Source: Terracidiphilus sp. (GTDB taxonomy: Bacteria > Acidobacteriota > Terriglobia > Terriglobales > Acidobacteriaceae). Taken from it: a stretch of 64,000 nucleotides of DNA. A program made the translations under genes and the position numbers. How positions within the stretch are numbered: position 1 is the first letter of the stretch; each line of letters starts with the position of its first letter. The stretch lies in assembly GCA_049520675.1 (NCBI GenBank), contig JBEKPO010000002.1, positions 23,116 through 87,115 of the forward strand. The letters run 5' to 3'. Under the pieces are notes generated by a model. The model was not told the DNA's origin. It saw only the letters and a program-made list of their open reading frames with translations, and did not search any database. Positions 56,001 to 64,000 of the stretch are shown here, piece by piece.

Positions 56001-57216
56001 CCTTGGCCGTCACCAGGTGATTCCGATTCCTTTCAATCAGGCCCATATCGCCACGCCCACCAACCCCACACATCCCGGCGGCCTCGCGACCCAGTACTTC
56101 AGCTATGGGTATACCGTTCTCGACCCGACCCAAGCCGAAGGAGCCTTCGTTCCTCCGATGTGTGTCAATCAGCCGGGGCAATCGGCTTGCGCTTACGGCC
56201 CCATGCTGAACAATTACGAAGGCGGCAACGTCGATCTGCGCGTGCCCTTCATTGGCTATTCGTCAGAATCTGAGTCCTACACCGCGGCTGGGATCTCCGC
56301 CTATCACGCGCTCACTTCCCACCTTGAAAAGCGCCTCAGTCACGGGTTCCAGGCCGGCGTCTCCTACACGTTTTCGCATACTACCGACGAACAGAGCGGA
56401 TTGGGTCTCTTTTACAACGGCAACAACCCAACCAATTTGCGCAGTGGCTACGGCTCCGCCGATTTCGACCGCACTCAGGTGCTCAACTTTACCTATGGAT
56501 ATACATCGCCCAAATTCCTGAACGATAGTTCCATCGCCGGCAAGATCGTCAATAGCTGGGGCCTGCATGGCATCGCCATCATCCAGAGCGGCCAACCCTA
56601 CAGCGTCATCGACTACTCAGGCGCCGTGGGCAGCGTCTTCTACAGCACGTTTAATGGCATCACGAATCCCATCGTGCCCCTCGACACCACCACCGGCTGC
56701 ACGCGCAAGAATGCGCTCACCGGCCAGAACGGAGCGTTTTACAACCCAATCACCCATTCAGGTGCCGCGCTCAAGGCCAGTTGCTTCACGATCCCGTTCA
56801 TTGCGGTCGGCGACATGGGCGTGCCCCTCGGCGATCCATTCGAAAGCAACTTCACGAGCGGCCAGCGCAATATCTTCCGGCAGGGGTGGCAGCGCCGCGC
56901 CGATGCATCCCTGTCCAAGGATTTCCCCATCCACGAGCAGTTCAATCTGCATTACACCTTCGATGTGTATAACCTCACCAACACTGCCAGCTTCGACATC
57001 CCGCAGAACAACGTAAACCAAAACCAACTGTTCAACAATGTTCCCGTTGCCATCAACTCCAGCCAGCCCACGCAGGCGGGGCCGACCAACGACTGCCAAA
57101 GCAATCCGTATGGCGCCAATACTGGCTTCTTCAACTGCCCGGCAGGCCTTGGCATCACCAAGCACACCATCGGTGGCCCACGTCAGATTCAAATGTCGCT
57201 GCACCTAGACTTCTGA
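53056..57216 (+). CDS. TonB-dependent receptor (Oar-like) with carboxypeptidase-regulatory-like N-domain
   Basis: Signal peptide, GEVTDASG, KSGTNQLHG, YIQDKFQV, C-terminal PRQIQMSLHLDF. Confidence 0.9.
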   Translation: MKNSACVFPFPLSRLLALVSAAVLCCSYAIAQQTLGGITGEVTDASGGVIPNVTVSLIDEQTSLTRTTKTSTAGSYTFVDLPIGAYTLTFSAQGYEAQKTPHITVQADRTATVNAALKVGQTTTTVEVDAAPLMNAVDTTNGYVMEKQEIDSVPLPTGSFTGLAILSPGVNAELPGGTGSNSGLGNAPIWANGQRDTSNALLLNGVDGSNLFNGKTTSQVDSFRVVNNTGQANNAAGGVIPSAASVYLAIGNAIPTPAPETIAEVRVNASMYDAQQGSDSGAHIDMSTKSGTNQLHGEAWVHRGTNWINAAPFFFKKDDNIPANDKNPDLHRFIAGGELGGPIIKDKIFGFISYQHLHIADQETGDELLDVPPGLNSGPIGSGTGRGASNIISAAENNWTSNIGYEQYLGFDPTYGGTFNNFGAAGNPVAYALLTAPALPGEPGNYLVPSALPNANPNVYSPYNAFLPGTSRFTSDQAVADLDWNVGAKDILAAKYYYQHDPSSSPYAYSNVPGFTGHMDTGSQVGSLNNVQTIGSSLSISETVGVLREKVYATNDQPWAPGEAGTPASGITSAFGGYFPGYTINDALGDQFDSPTGPLYGLVDPSLSIGPDAEYQAENTGMFQNRIMPSGSAIWAKGRHSVAFGGSWSYTQLDLRDRRTGTGSVDSPDFVSFLDNWVTPYTTELFTASTYLQGNANRYLRSNETGLYIQDKFQVVPNLSITAGVRYDWNGGLWEKHGNLFNFDPSLYCYSVASDSFTPASGASSNSTDCTGFIIAGNNRNGTQGVSKTTLTGRQWGIAPRLGLAWQPSMFHSKLVVRSGGGFYYDRGELFTYLSPGYAAGEIEGGPYGIVQTPPFVTQQHCPYSSSYNAADPTYLYLAYIPICSGDYFTPPSAGAEYTLATPWGTTLGAGPANPKASDIANYLPDAAEIIDGTVSGSNAQQPFILGVYNRGNKLPYSINFTLNIQYQPRNDLMFEIGYVGNLGRHQVIPIPFNQAHIATPTNPTHPGGLATQYFSYGYTVLDPTQAEGAFVPPMCVNQPGQSACAYGPMLNNYEGGNVDLRVPFIGYSSESESYTAAGISAYHALTSHLEKRLSHGFQAGVSYTFSHTTDEQSGLGLFYNGNNPTNLRSGYGSADFDRTQVLNFTYGYTSPKFLNDSSIAGKIVNSWGLHGIAIIQSGQPYSVIDYSGAVGSVFYSTFNGITNPIVPLDTTTGCTRKNALTGQNGAFYNPITHSGAALKASCFTIPFIAVGDMGVPLGDPFESNFTSGQRNIFRQGWQRRADASLSKDFPIHEQFNLHYTFDVYNLTNTASFDIPQNNVNQNQLFNNVPVAINSSQPTQAGPTNDCQSNPYGANTGFFNCPAGLGITKHTIGGPRQIQMSLHLDF

Positions 57217-57633
57217 TCTGCGGCGAGTTTCTCCGGTGTCATGCGACGCCTCGAACCGGCGTCCCCACGTTCACTCTGAGCTTTGGTCCTCGGCCACGTA
57301 AGACGGCCAAAGCGAGCATGGTAGTCTCGTCAAGTCCCAGTCCAAGACTTTCCTTTGCAAGCCTATGAATTCACTTGCCGAAAAAATTTCGGCCGTTTTG
57401 CAGAATATTTCCGCCGGTTGCCGCACAATCATTCCATGCGAGGACTATCCGGAATCCGAGTCGATGTACTCCGGGGTCACTGCCCTCTGTCAGCTCCCGC
57501 CGCCGAGTGGGAAAATAAAAAAATAGGAGCCCCCTTTTGGGCATATTTTTGATACTAACTTCCTTATAATCAGCAGTTCGCCCTGAAAATCGCGGCCAAA
57601 AACGGTCAAAAACATTCGCGTCAACGGCCCAGA

Positions 57634-58974
57634 ATGCAGAAAATCGCCGGATTTCCGGACCCTTCATGGACGATCCACGATCTCCGCCAAGAGCTTGCGG
57701 ACGGAGTGATATCGCCATCTCAGCTGGCTGAACAGGCGCTTGCGCGCGTCAACCGGAACGTCGGCCGCAACACATACCTCTGGCAGGACCCAGCGTGGAC
57801 ACGCGCGGAGGCAGCTCGCGCAGAAGCGGTGCCTCGCGGTATCGGCGGCGAGTTCGGTGACGACCGGCCCGCCCTTTGGGGAGTTCCAATTTCGGTAAAA
57901 GACTGCTTTGACCTGGCTGGCTCGCCGACGAGCTGTGGCACGCGGTTCTATCGCGATCTGAACGGCACCGCGGCGCGCGATTCTTGGCTTGTAGAGCAAT
58001 TGCGCGCGGCCGGTGCGGTGATCGTGGGGAAAACCCACCTTCATGCACTGGCGTATGGCATTACCGGCGAGAATCCCGAGTTTGGCGATTGCATTCAGCC
58101 GGGCAGGCCCGGCGCGCTCACTGGCGGTTCTTCGAGCGGCGCTGCGGCCAGCGTCCTGGAAGGCTCTGCAGTGGCGGCGATTGGGACTGACACCGGCGGC
58201 TCGATCCGCGTCCCGGCAGCTCTTTGCTCGCTTGCCGGCTACCGTTCCTCGCTGGGGCGCGGCGATTGGCGCGGTGGTGCGCATCTGGCCGAGTCTTTCG
58301 ATACGCTGGGCTGGCTCTTTCCCGATCTGCGCGACGCGCCCTTGCTCGCCGCGCCTTTTGCCGAATCACCCGCGGAGAAAGGTGCCCCCGACGCTACAGC
58401 CTTCAGGAGCTTTGCCTACGTCGGTGACAACTTTCTGTACGATTGCGAGCCCCCGGTCGTGGAAGGATTTCGCGGGGTAATTCGCGAACTCGAGGCGCTG
58501 GGACTTGAGAGCCACCGCATCGAACCGGCGTGGTGGGCTGAAGCAGTGGAAATCTTCGCGCCTCTTCAGGCGTCTGAGGCAGCGCATCTTCACGCCGGCC
58601 ACTTCGAACAATTCGAAGCGCCGATACGCGACCGGTTGAGATGGGGCGCGAGCCTGAGCGCGTCGGAGCTTGCCGGGCTACGACAGCGTCACGCCGAATT
58701 TCGCGCACGCATGGATGAATTGTTCGCGAAATACCAATTACTCATGTTGCCTTGTGCGCCGGTGGCTCGCCTTGAGGCCGGCGCCGACCACGGCCAGACA
58801 CGCGCTCACCTGCTTCGCTACACGGCTCCATCCAGTCTTGCCGGCGTGCCCGCGGTTGCCATCCCCAGCGCACGCGGCGGAGCCCAGCTGGCCGCGGCGC
58901 GCAACACAGATGAGGCGCTGCTCGGGCTCGCGTCGCAATTGGGCACGCAGAGAATGCCAAACGCAAACTCGTAA
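57634..58974 (+). CDS. Amidase signature family protein
   Basis: SVKD, GGSSSG, GTDTGGSIRVP. Confidence 0.9.
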   Translation: MQKIAGFPDPSWTIHDLRQELADGVISPSQLAEQALARVNRNVGRNTYLWQDPAWTRAEAARAEAVPRGIGGEFGDDRPALWGVPISVKDCFDLAGSPTSCGTRFYRDLNGTAARDSWLVEQLRAAGAVIVGKTHLHALAYGITGENPEFGDCIQPGRPGALTGGSSSGAAASVLEGSAVAAIGTDTGGSIRVPAALCSLAGYRSSLGRGDWRGGAHLAESFDTLGWLFPDLRDAPLLAAPFAESPAEKGAPDATAFRSFAYVGDNFLYDCEPPVVEGFRGVIRELEALGLESHRIEPAWWAEAVEIFAPLQASEAAHLHAGHFEQFEAPIRDRLRWGASLSASELAGLRQRHAEFRARMDELFAKYQLLMLPCAPVARLEAGADHGQTRAHLLRYTAPSSLAGVPAVAIPSARGGAQLAAARNTDEALLGLASQLGTQRMPNANS

Positions 58975-58995
58975 GCCAACCCCAAGTTCTCTCGA

Positions 58996-59223
58996 TTACT
59001 CCGGCTTCTCCGTCAGGAAGGGCTCAGCCTTCAGCGAGCCATCGCGCTGTTTGACCAGCATCTGGACCTTGCCTTCGGCAGCATCGAGTTGCTGCTTGCA
59101 GGCCGCCGACAGCCCAACCCCCTCTTCGAAGAGCTTGAGCGAATCCTCCAGCGCAAGGTCGCCCTTTTCCAGTTGGTCGACAATCGCTTCGAGCCTTTTG
59201 AGCGATTCTTCAAATGACGGCAT
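58996..59223 (-). CDS. xseB: Exodeoxyribonuclease VII small subunit
   Basis: FEESLKRLEAIV, LEDSLKLFEEG. Confidence 0.93.
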   Translation of the reverse strand: MPSFEESLKRLEAIVDQLEKGDLALEDSLKLFEEGVGLSAACKQQLDAAEGKVQMLVKQRDGSLKAEPFLTEKPE

Positions 59224-59323
59224 GGCGGTGCAATTTCCCTCGAATCTCAGGATACCCGATCGCGTGCGCGCACTGTGATGCGCACAATTCGCTGGGGCTT
59301 GTGGCGCCAGTTCGAGTGGCGAA

Positions 59324-59836
59324 TTACCGGTGCGCGATCCTTAACAGCAAAACCAGACAGAAAAGCGAACCGAAGGTGAGCAAGGCTGCCGCTGTTCCGG
59401 TTCCCACAGCCTTTACTGCCTTTCGCGCATTCTGAAAGTCATCGTCGTCGGTCGTAAGACTTGCGTATTTCCTCCACCAGCGAAGGACCCAGAGGGGAAA
59501 TGGTAGGCAGAGCAAAAAGACCAGGACGCAGAAACCCAGAAGCGTGTTCTCAAATCCGAAAAGGACAAAGAAACGCGGCTGACGCACCAGAGCGAAGACA
59601 ACGCCTCCCAGCAGGATCAACACGATCACAACTGTGTTCCGGAGATAGCTCGCGTCGCTACACGCCTCATCGACCCTGGCGAGCAGGTGGGCGGCCTGCT
59701 GTGCGGCCTTGTGATCCACCTTCGCGCCGCAGAACCGGCACACGTCGGCTGAAGTGTCGATCGTCTCGCCGCACTTGGGACATTCGAAGACATCGAGATC
59801 TTCGGTTGGGCCATCGAAGTTCAGCTCTTCGGCCAT
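59324..59836 (-). CDS. Zinc-ribbon membrane protein
   Basis: CPKC...CRFC followed by about 3 TMs. Confidence 0.75.
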   Translation of the reverse strand: MAEELNFDGPTEDLDVFECPKCGETIDTSADVCRFCGAKVDHKAAQQAAHLLARVDEACSDASYLRNTVVIVLILLGGVVFALVRQPRFFVLFGFENTLLGFCVLVFLLCLPFPLWVLRWWRKYASLTTDDDDFQNARKAVKAVGTGTAAALLTFGSLFCLVLLLRIAHR

Positions 59837-59965
59837 TGCCAGCCTTCCCGGCCATTCGCCCGCTCAGGGTCCGAATGAAATCAATGCGGGGATACGCCTA
59901 AGATCGCACAGATTCGCACAATTTGCAGAGTACGCAAAGGTGTTAGGAGTTCCCAAGCTGGCAGC

Positions 59966-61846
59966 TCAAGGCGCTTTGGGCAATGCGCTGGCAATCACCT
60001 CGGCGGCCACATCGTAGTGGCCGAAAGGTGCGCTCACCTGGACGCCCTGCACATAGGGACGGACAGAGGCAACCATCTCTAGGGAGATTTTGATCCCTTC
60101 AGCGCGAGCAGCATCGGGTGAGTTGGCCTGGGCCATGCGCAGCATGATTTCTTCGGGCATCGCAAGGCGCAGATCGTTTTTCATGTACTCCGCGTTGCGC
60201 AGGTTCACGAGTGGCCAGATACCTGCGATCACCGGGATCCCATGATCGCGGGTTCGCTCGAGGAAGATCTCAAGCAGGCGCAGATCGAAGACCGGGTGTG
60301 TGATCGCGAACTCGGCTCCCGCCTCCACTTTGTAGGCAAAGCGACGCAACTCGTTTTCGATATCCGGCGCACCGGGATTGGCTGCCACCCCGATGGCGAA
60401 GCTCGTGCTTGTGCCAATCGCGTTTGAGCCGACGTCGAGGCCGCGATTCAGCCGTTCGACAATGTTCACCAAACCGATCGAATCGACGTCAAACACAGCA
60501 GTAGCGTCAGGATAATTTCCCACCCTCGTCGGTTCGCCGGTCACGCAAAGCACATTGTGCAGACCGATGGACGAGGCCCCAAGCAGATCGGACTGGATGG
60601 ACAATAGCGTACGGTCCCGGCAGGCATAATGCAGAATTGTGTCAATCCCGGTGTGTTGCTGAATCTGGATGCAGAGGCTCTGCCCGCTCATGCGTGCAGA
60701 AGCCTGCGGTGCATCGTAAACGTTGATGGCGTCGACGCCGAGGCGAGCCATCATGCGTGCTCCCTCGATCTCTCTCGAGCAATCGATACCCTTTGGCGGC
60801 ACGATCTCAACCACGGCGGCGAATTTTTGCTCTGCGATCAAGAAGCCCAGTCGGGATCGCTGCGCCAGCGGCGCGGCCGGAGTCTCGGTGTTCGCCACGG
60901 GCGCCGTGCCCGAAACCTCGATGCGAGCCTGTTCATCAAGAGCGCGAATTGCCGAGCGCATGGCTCGAATGTGATTGGGAGTGGTGCCGCAGCAACCGCC
61001 CACGATTTGCGCTCCCACAGCCATCGCCTTGCGGGCAAAGCTGGCCATGTACTCTGGCGAACAAAGGTAGATGTTGCGGCCCTCCACGGCTCGGGGCAGG
61101 CCCGCATTGGGCATTGCAGCAATGGGCAGCGTGCTCGCGCCGCGCATGGCCTCGATCGCGGTGAGCACCGTGGCCGGCCCGGTCGAGCAGTTCACTCCGA
61201 TCGCATCGGCTCCCCACTCGGTGAGCAGCATCGCTGCTTGGGCAGGAGAAGAGCCGTCGAGGCACTCGCTTTCGTCGTCGACGGTCACCATGACAAGCAC
61301 CGGGAGGTCGGGCGCAACGTCCTTTGCAGCCTGCAGCGCTTCGCGTGCCTCGTTCAACGCGGGCATGGTTTCGATGATCAAAAGATCGACGGCATTCCCC
61401 GAGCTGTTCCCCGCCAGAACGCCGATCTGTTCGGCGAATGCTGCCCGGGCCTCATCGAGACCGATCCTCCCCAGCGGTTCCAGCCGCACTCCAAGAGGCC
61501 CCACGGAGCCCCCCACCCAGGCGTTGCCCCCGTGCTTTTCCTTCAGTCGCTCAACCGCCCGCCGCGCCAGGTCCACGCCGGCGCGGATGATCTCCGCACT
61601 CTTGCCGCTCAACCCATGCCGAGACAGTCGGAAACGGTTGGCACCGAAAGTATTAGTTTCAAGAAGCTCTGCGCCTGCCTGCAGATACTCCTCGTGAATA
61701 GAGAGAATCAGATTCGGCTCCGACAGATTCAGCTCATCGATGCATCTGCTGCCGTCTACGCCACGCGAGTAGAGCAGTGTGCCCATAGCACCGTCGGCAA
61801 GCACCGGGCGGTCGGCAAACAGTTTGGCAAAGCGGGTCATTCTCAT
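59966..61846 (-). CDS. yitJ: Bifunctional homocysteine S-methyltransferase / methylenetetrahydrofolate reductase
   Basis: DGAMGT, TNTFGAN, GGCCGTTP, then MTHFR domain (HYACRDR). Confidence 0.9.
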   Translation of the reverse strand: MRMTRFAKLFADRPVLADGAMGTLLYSRGVDGSRCIDELNLSEPNLILSIHEEYLQAGAELLETNTFGANRFRLSRHGLSGKSAEIIRAGVDLARRAVERLKEKHGGNAWVGGSVGPLGVRLEPLGRIGLDEARAAFAEQIGVLAGNSSGNAVDLLIIETMPALNEAREALQAAKDVAPDLPVLVMVTVDDESECLDGSSPAQAAMLLTEWGADAIGVNCSTGPATVLTAIEAMRGASTLPIAAMPNAGLPRAVEGRNIYLCSPEYMASFARKAMAVGAQIVGGCCGTTPNHIRAMRSAIRALDEQARIEVSGTAPVANTETPAAPLAQRSRLGFLIAEQKFAAVVEIVPPKGIDCSREIEGARMMARLGVDAINVYDAPQASARMSGQSLCIQIQQHTGIDTILHYACRDRTLLSIQSDLLGASSIGLHNVLCVTGEPTRVGNYPDATAVFDVDSIGLVNIVERLNRGLDVGSNAIGTSTSFAIGVAANPGAPDIENELRRFAYKVEAGAEFAITHPVFDLRLLEIFLERTRDHGIPVIAGIWPLVNLRNAEYMKNDLRLAMPEEIMLRMAQANSPDAARAEGIKISLEMVASVRPYVQGVQVSAPFGHYDVAAEVIASALPKAP

Positions 61847-62147
61847 GTCATGCTATCGCATTGCCGACGGCGCCGTACTCTCTGCAAGCGTTGTTCATTG
61901 CGGCGATCTTCCGCTCACCGTCCGTTCTCCGGTTGCGCACTGCCGGACACGCAGATGACGCAAATCGCGTTTCACCCGGCCCCGGATGCCGCCTCGGCAG
62001 ACCCGCCTGCTTTGTTATACTTCGAGAGTCATTTCCGAGATGGAAGCTGGTTTTCGGTTGAAGAATTTCGCCTTCTCCAGGTGCGTAGGTCGTCTTGATT
62101 TTTTGCATTCACCGCGGTTTTCCGCGTTCTAAGTTGAGGTTGTTATT

Positions 62148-63644
62148 TTGAGGAAGAGAAGTCTTTGGGTCAGTGCCGTTGCGGCCTTGGCGGTCGCGGC
62201 TGTGCTGGCAGGATGTGGCACCACTTATTACTTCGATGGCCGCGTTTTGCCGCCCAGCAAGCTGGTGAACCGCGTTGAGATCGCCGTTCAGAACCCCGGC
62301 TCACTGGCCAAGGGCTCTCTCATCATCGTCGACGCCTTTTACGACGAGCGCGACGGTTACAACGGGAAACCGTCCTCTTATGGTGTGAGCGGCTACGGCG
62401 GCGCACTACCCATTACCATTCAGAACATGCCTGAGGAGCAGTTGGGGGCGGTATATGGGGCCGGCGATGGCAGCTTCACACTGATCGACTACTCAAAGGA
62501 GAAGACCAGCGGGACAGTCACCGGTCTTTCTGGTCAGTCGTCCAGCGTTTTCATTACCCGCAACAGGGTTTTCGCATTCGCAGCGAGCCAGTCATCGCAC
62601 GTGTTCTCTGCGATCAATCAGGCCGGTGGATCGGTCGCGGGACTGAGCCTGCCCGACGTTTACCGGGTGAGTGTGAACCCGGGAGGCTCTGTCGCACTTG
62701 CTTTTGCTCAGAATTCCAACTACGCCTACTATCCGCGCCAGCTCTCGACCTCTGAAACACAGAGCTACTCCGGGGGTCCTTCTACCTGGCCAAAGGCGGC
62801 TGTTGATTGTGAGCCGCAGAATGCACCTAACTGGTGCCTGTTTCAGATACAAAGCCCCGACAACTTGGACTCCACGGGCAATTACTACGGCCAGCCCCTG
62901 GTGTTTGATCGTCCCGTAAAGGCTGTCTTCTCGGCAGATGGAAGCACCGCTTATATTTTGAATTGCGGCCCTGAATGCGGCGGCTCTCAAGCCTCCGTTT
63001 CCCTCGTACCCGTCGCACCCACGATCTTTCTACTCGGCCAGCAATCAGGCCTGCTGCCTTGCAATCTTCCCGCGAACGGCTCTTGCCCGAATCCAAACGC
63101 GGCGCCCATGGTCAATATTCCGATTCCCGGAGGAGCGAGCAACGCGCTCGTCGACACCTCCACAATGTACGTTGTGGGGCAGCAGCCGCAAACCATAAAC
63201 GGTCAGATGTTGTTCGGCGGGAATCTGACTGTCGTCAATCTCTCCAGCAATACGGCGGGTGGCCCGGTGGCTATCAGCGACGGGCAACCCGGCGCCACCA
63301 GCCGCATGCTTGAAGCCGACGACAACACCCTGTGGATTGGCATGACCGGCTGCACCACCGGCGTGCGCTACGCGACCAATCCAGCGGCCGGATACGGCTG
63401 TCTGACCATGTACAACACTTCGACGAAGCAGGTGGTGCTGCTGGAGCCCTACATCGGCGACGCTACCGGAATTGCCGCTGTTACCGGCCTGCATAAGATC
63501 TACACAGCGGAGGGCGGGCAGGTGTACATCTATTCCACCAAGGACGGCTCATCGCTCGACAACCAGTACGTTACGGTGACCGGCACGGCTTACGATGTAG
63601 CCTACATGGACGCCATCACTGACACCGATAACACAGTGTATTAG
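62148..63644 (+). CDS. Lipoprotein, probable beta-propeller
   Basis: Lipobox LAGC; beta-rich repeats. Confidence 0.78.
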   Translation: MRKRSLWVSAVAALAVAAVLAGCGTTYYFDGRVLPPSKLVNRVEIAVQNPGSLAKGSLIIVDAFYDERDGYNGKPSSYGVSGYGGALPITIQNMPEEQLGAVYGAGDGSFTLIDYSKEKTSGTVTGLSGQSSSVFITRNRVFAFAASQSSHVFSAINQAGGSVAGLSLPDVYRVSVNPGGSVALAFAQNSNYAYYPRQLSTSETQSYSGGPSTWPKAAVDCEPQNAPNWCLFQIQSPDNLDSTGNYYGQPLVFDRPVKAVFSADGSTAYILNCGPECGGSQASVSLVPVAPTIFLLGQQSGLLPCNLPANGSCPNPNAAPMVNIPIPGGASNALVDTSTMYVVGQQPQTINGQMLFGGNLTVVNLSSNTAGGPVAISDGQPGATSRMLEADDNTLWIGMTGCTTGVRYATNPAAGYGCLTMYNTSTKQVVLLEPYIGDATGIAAVTGLHKIYTAEGGQVYIYSTKDGSSLDNQYVTVTGTAYDVAYMDAITDTDNTVY

Positions 63645-63715
63645 TGGGATCACCGATGTAGCGGGCGATGCGGAGCAAGCCGGGCTTCAACATGATCAAG
63701 TGAACAAGGGGCGAG

Positions 63716-64000
63716 ATGGCTGCGCCTGACGAATTTCGCGCCGACGTCCTCGCAATTGCCGCCCATCGCGACGATGTGGAACAGACATGCGGGGGCACGC
63801 TTCTGCGCTCAGGGGCGCGCGGCCTGCGCACCGCCATCCTCGATTTGACGCAAGGTGAAGCGGGAACCCGCGGCACCGCGGAAGAACGCACGCACGAGGC
63901 CGAGGAAGCAGCCCGCATTCTCGGTATCCCCTGGCGGCAGGCTCTCAATTTGCCCGACGGAGCGATCGCCAACACTCTGGAGAATCGCATCTCCATCGTG
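63716..64000 (+). CDS. bshB1: PIG-L family deacetylase BshB1 (3' partial)
   Basis: AHRDDVEQTCGG, LTQGEAGTRG, LPDG. Confidence 0.85.
   Translation, partial: MAAPDEFRADVLAIAAHRDDVEQTCGGTLLRSGARGLRTAILDLTQGEAGTRGTAEERTHEAEEAARILGIPWRQALNLPDGAIANTLENRISIV

Noticed and set aside
61847-62147. SAM riboswitch upstream of yitJ
   Set aside because: No SAM-I/IV core recognised; a -10-like TAGCAT lies just before the start
1-64000. CRISPR array, rRNA, tRNA, prophage
   Set aside because: No regularly spaced repeats, RNA gene signatures or phage genes observed

Overview
GC-rich bacterial chromosome window. Gene content and repeat types suggest an Acidobacteriaceae (Terracidiphilus/Occallatibacter-like) genome, though that assignment is inference. 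Contents in order: (1) end of an exopolysaccharide locus (GT4s, DUF2334-type deacetylase, MurJ-like flippase, O-antigen ligase/Wzy, a fused GumC/Wzc-Wza protein, SDR epimerase) interrupted by a higBA insert; (2) fadF-like Fe-S oxidoreductase-etfB-etfA, then a sugar/ureide-type permease-rbsK pair; (3) mazG-GNAT-menC/NSAR, prepilin peptidase, TPR protein, dnaX-ybaB-recR; (4) kdpFABC with an extra upstream micro-ORF, and divergent kdpE / N-terminally short kdpD; (5) a Gfo/Idh/MocA oxidoreductase, a Phd-PIN TA pair and a NitT/TauT ABC pair; (6) a complete 2388-bp IS1-family cargo element with 29-bp perfect terminal inverted repeats, an 8-bp target duplication, passenger genes and two sets of repeated operator-like motifs (best novel-system candidate); (7) a purine catabolic cluster (allB, truncated allC remnant, allE, plant-UAH-like amidohydrolase, xdh subunits, uraD, uraH, uricase, APC permease), a TonB-dependent receptor and an amidase; (8) xseB, yitJ-like, a lipoprotein and the start of bshB1. 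No tRNA, rRNA or CRISPR array was recognised. All calls are by eye, with no database searches.
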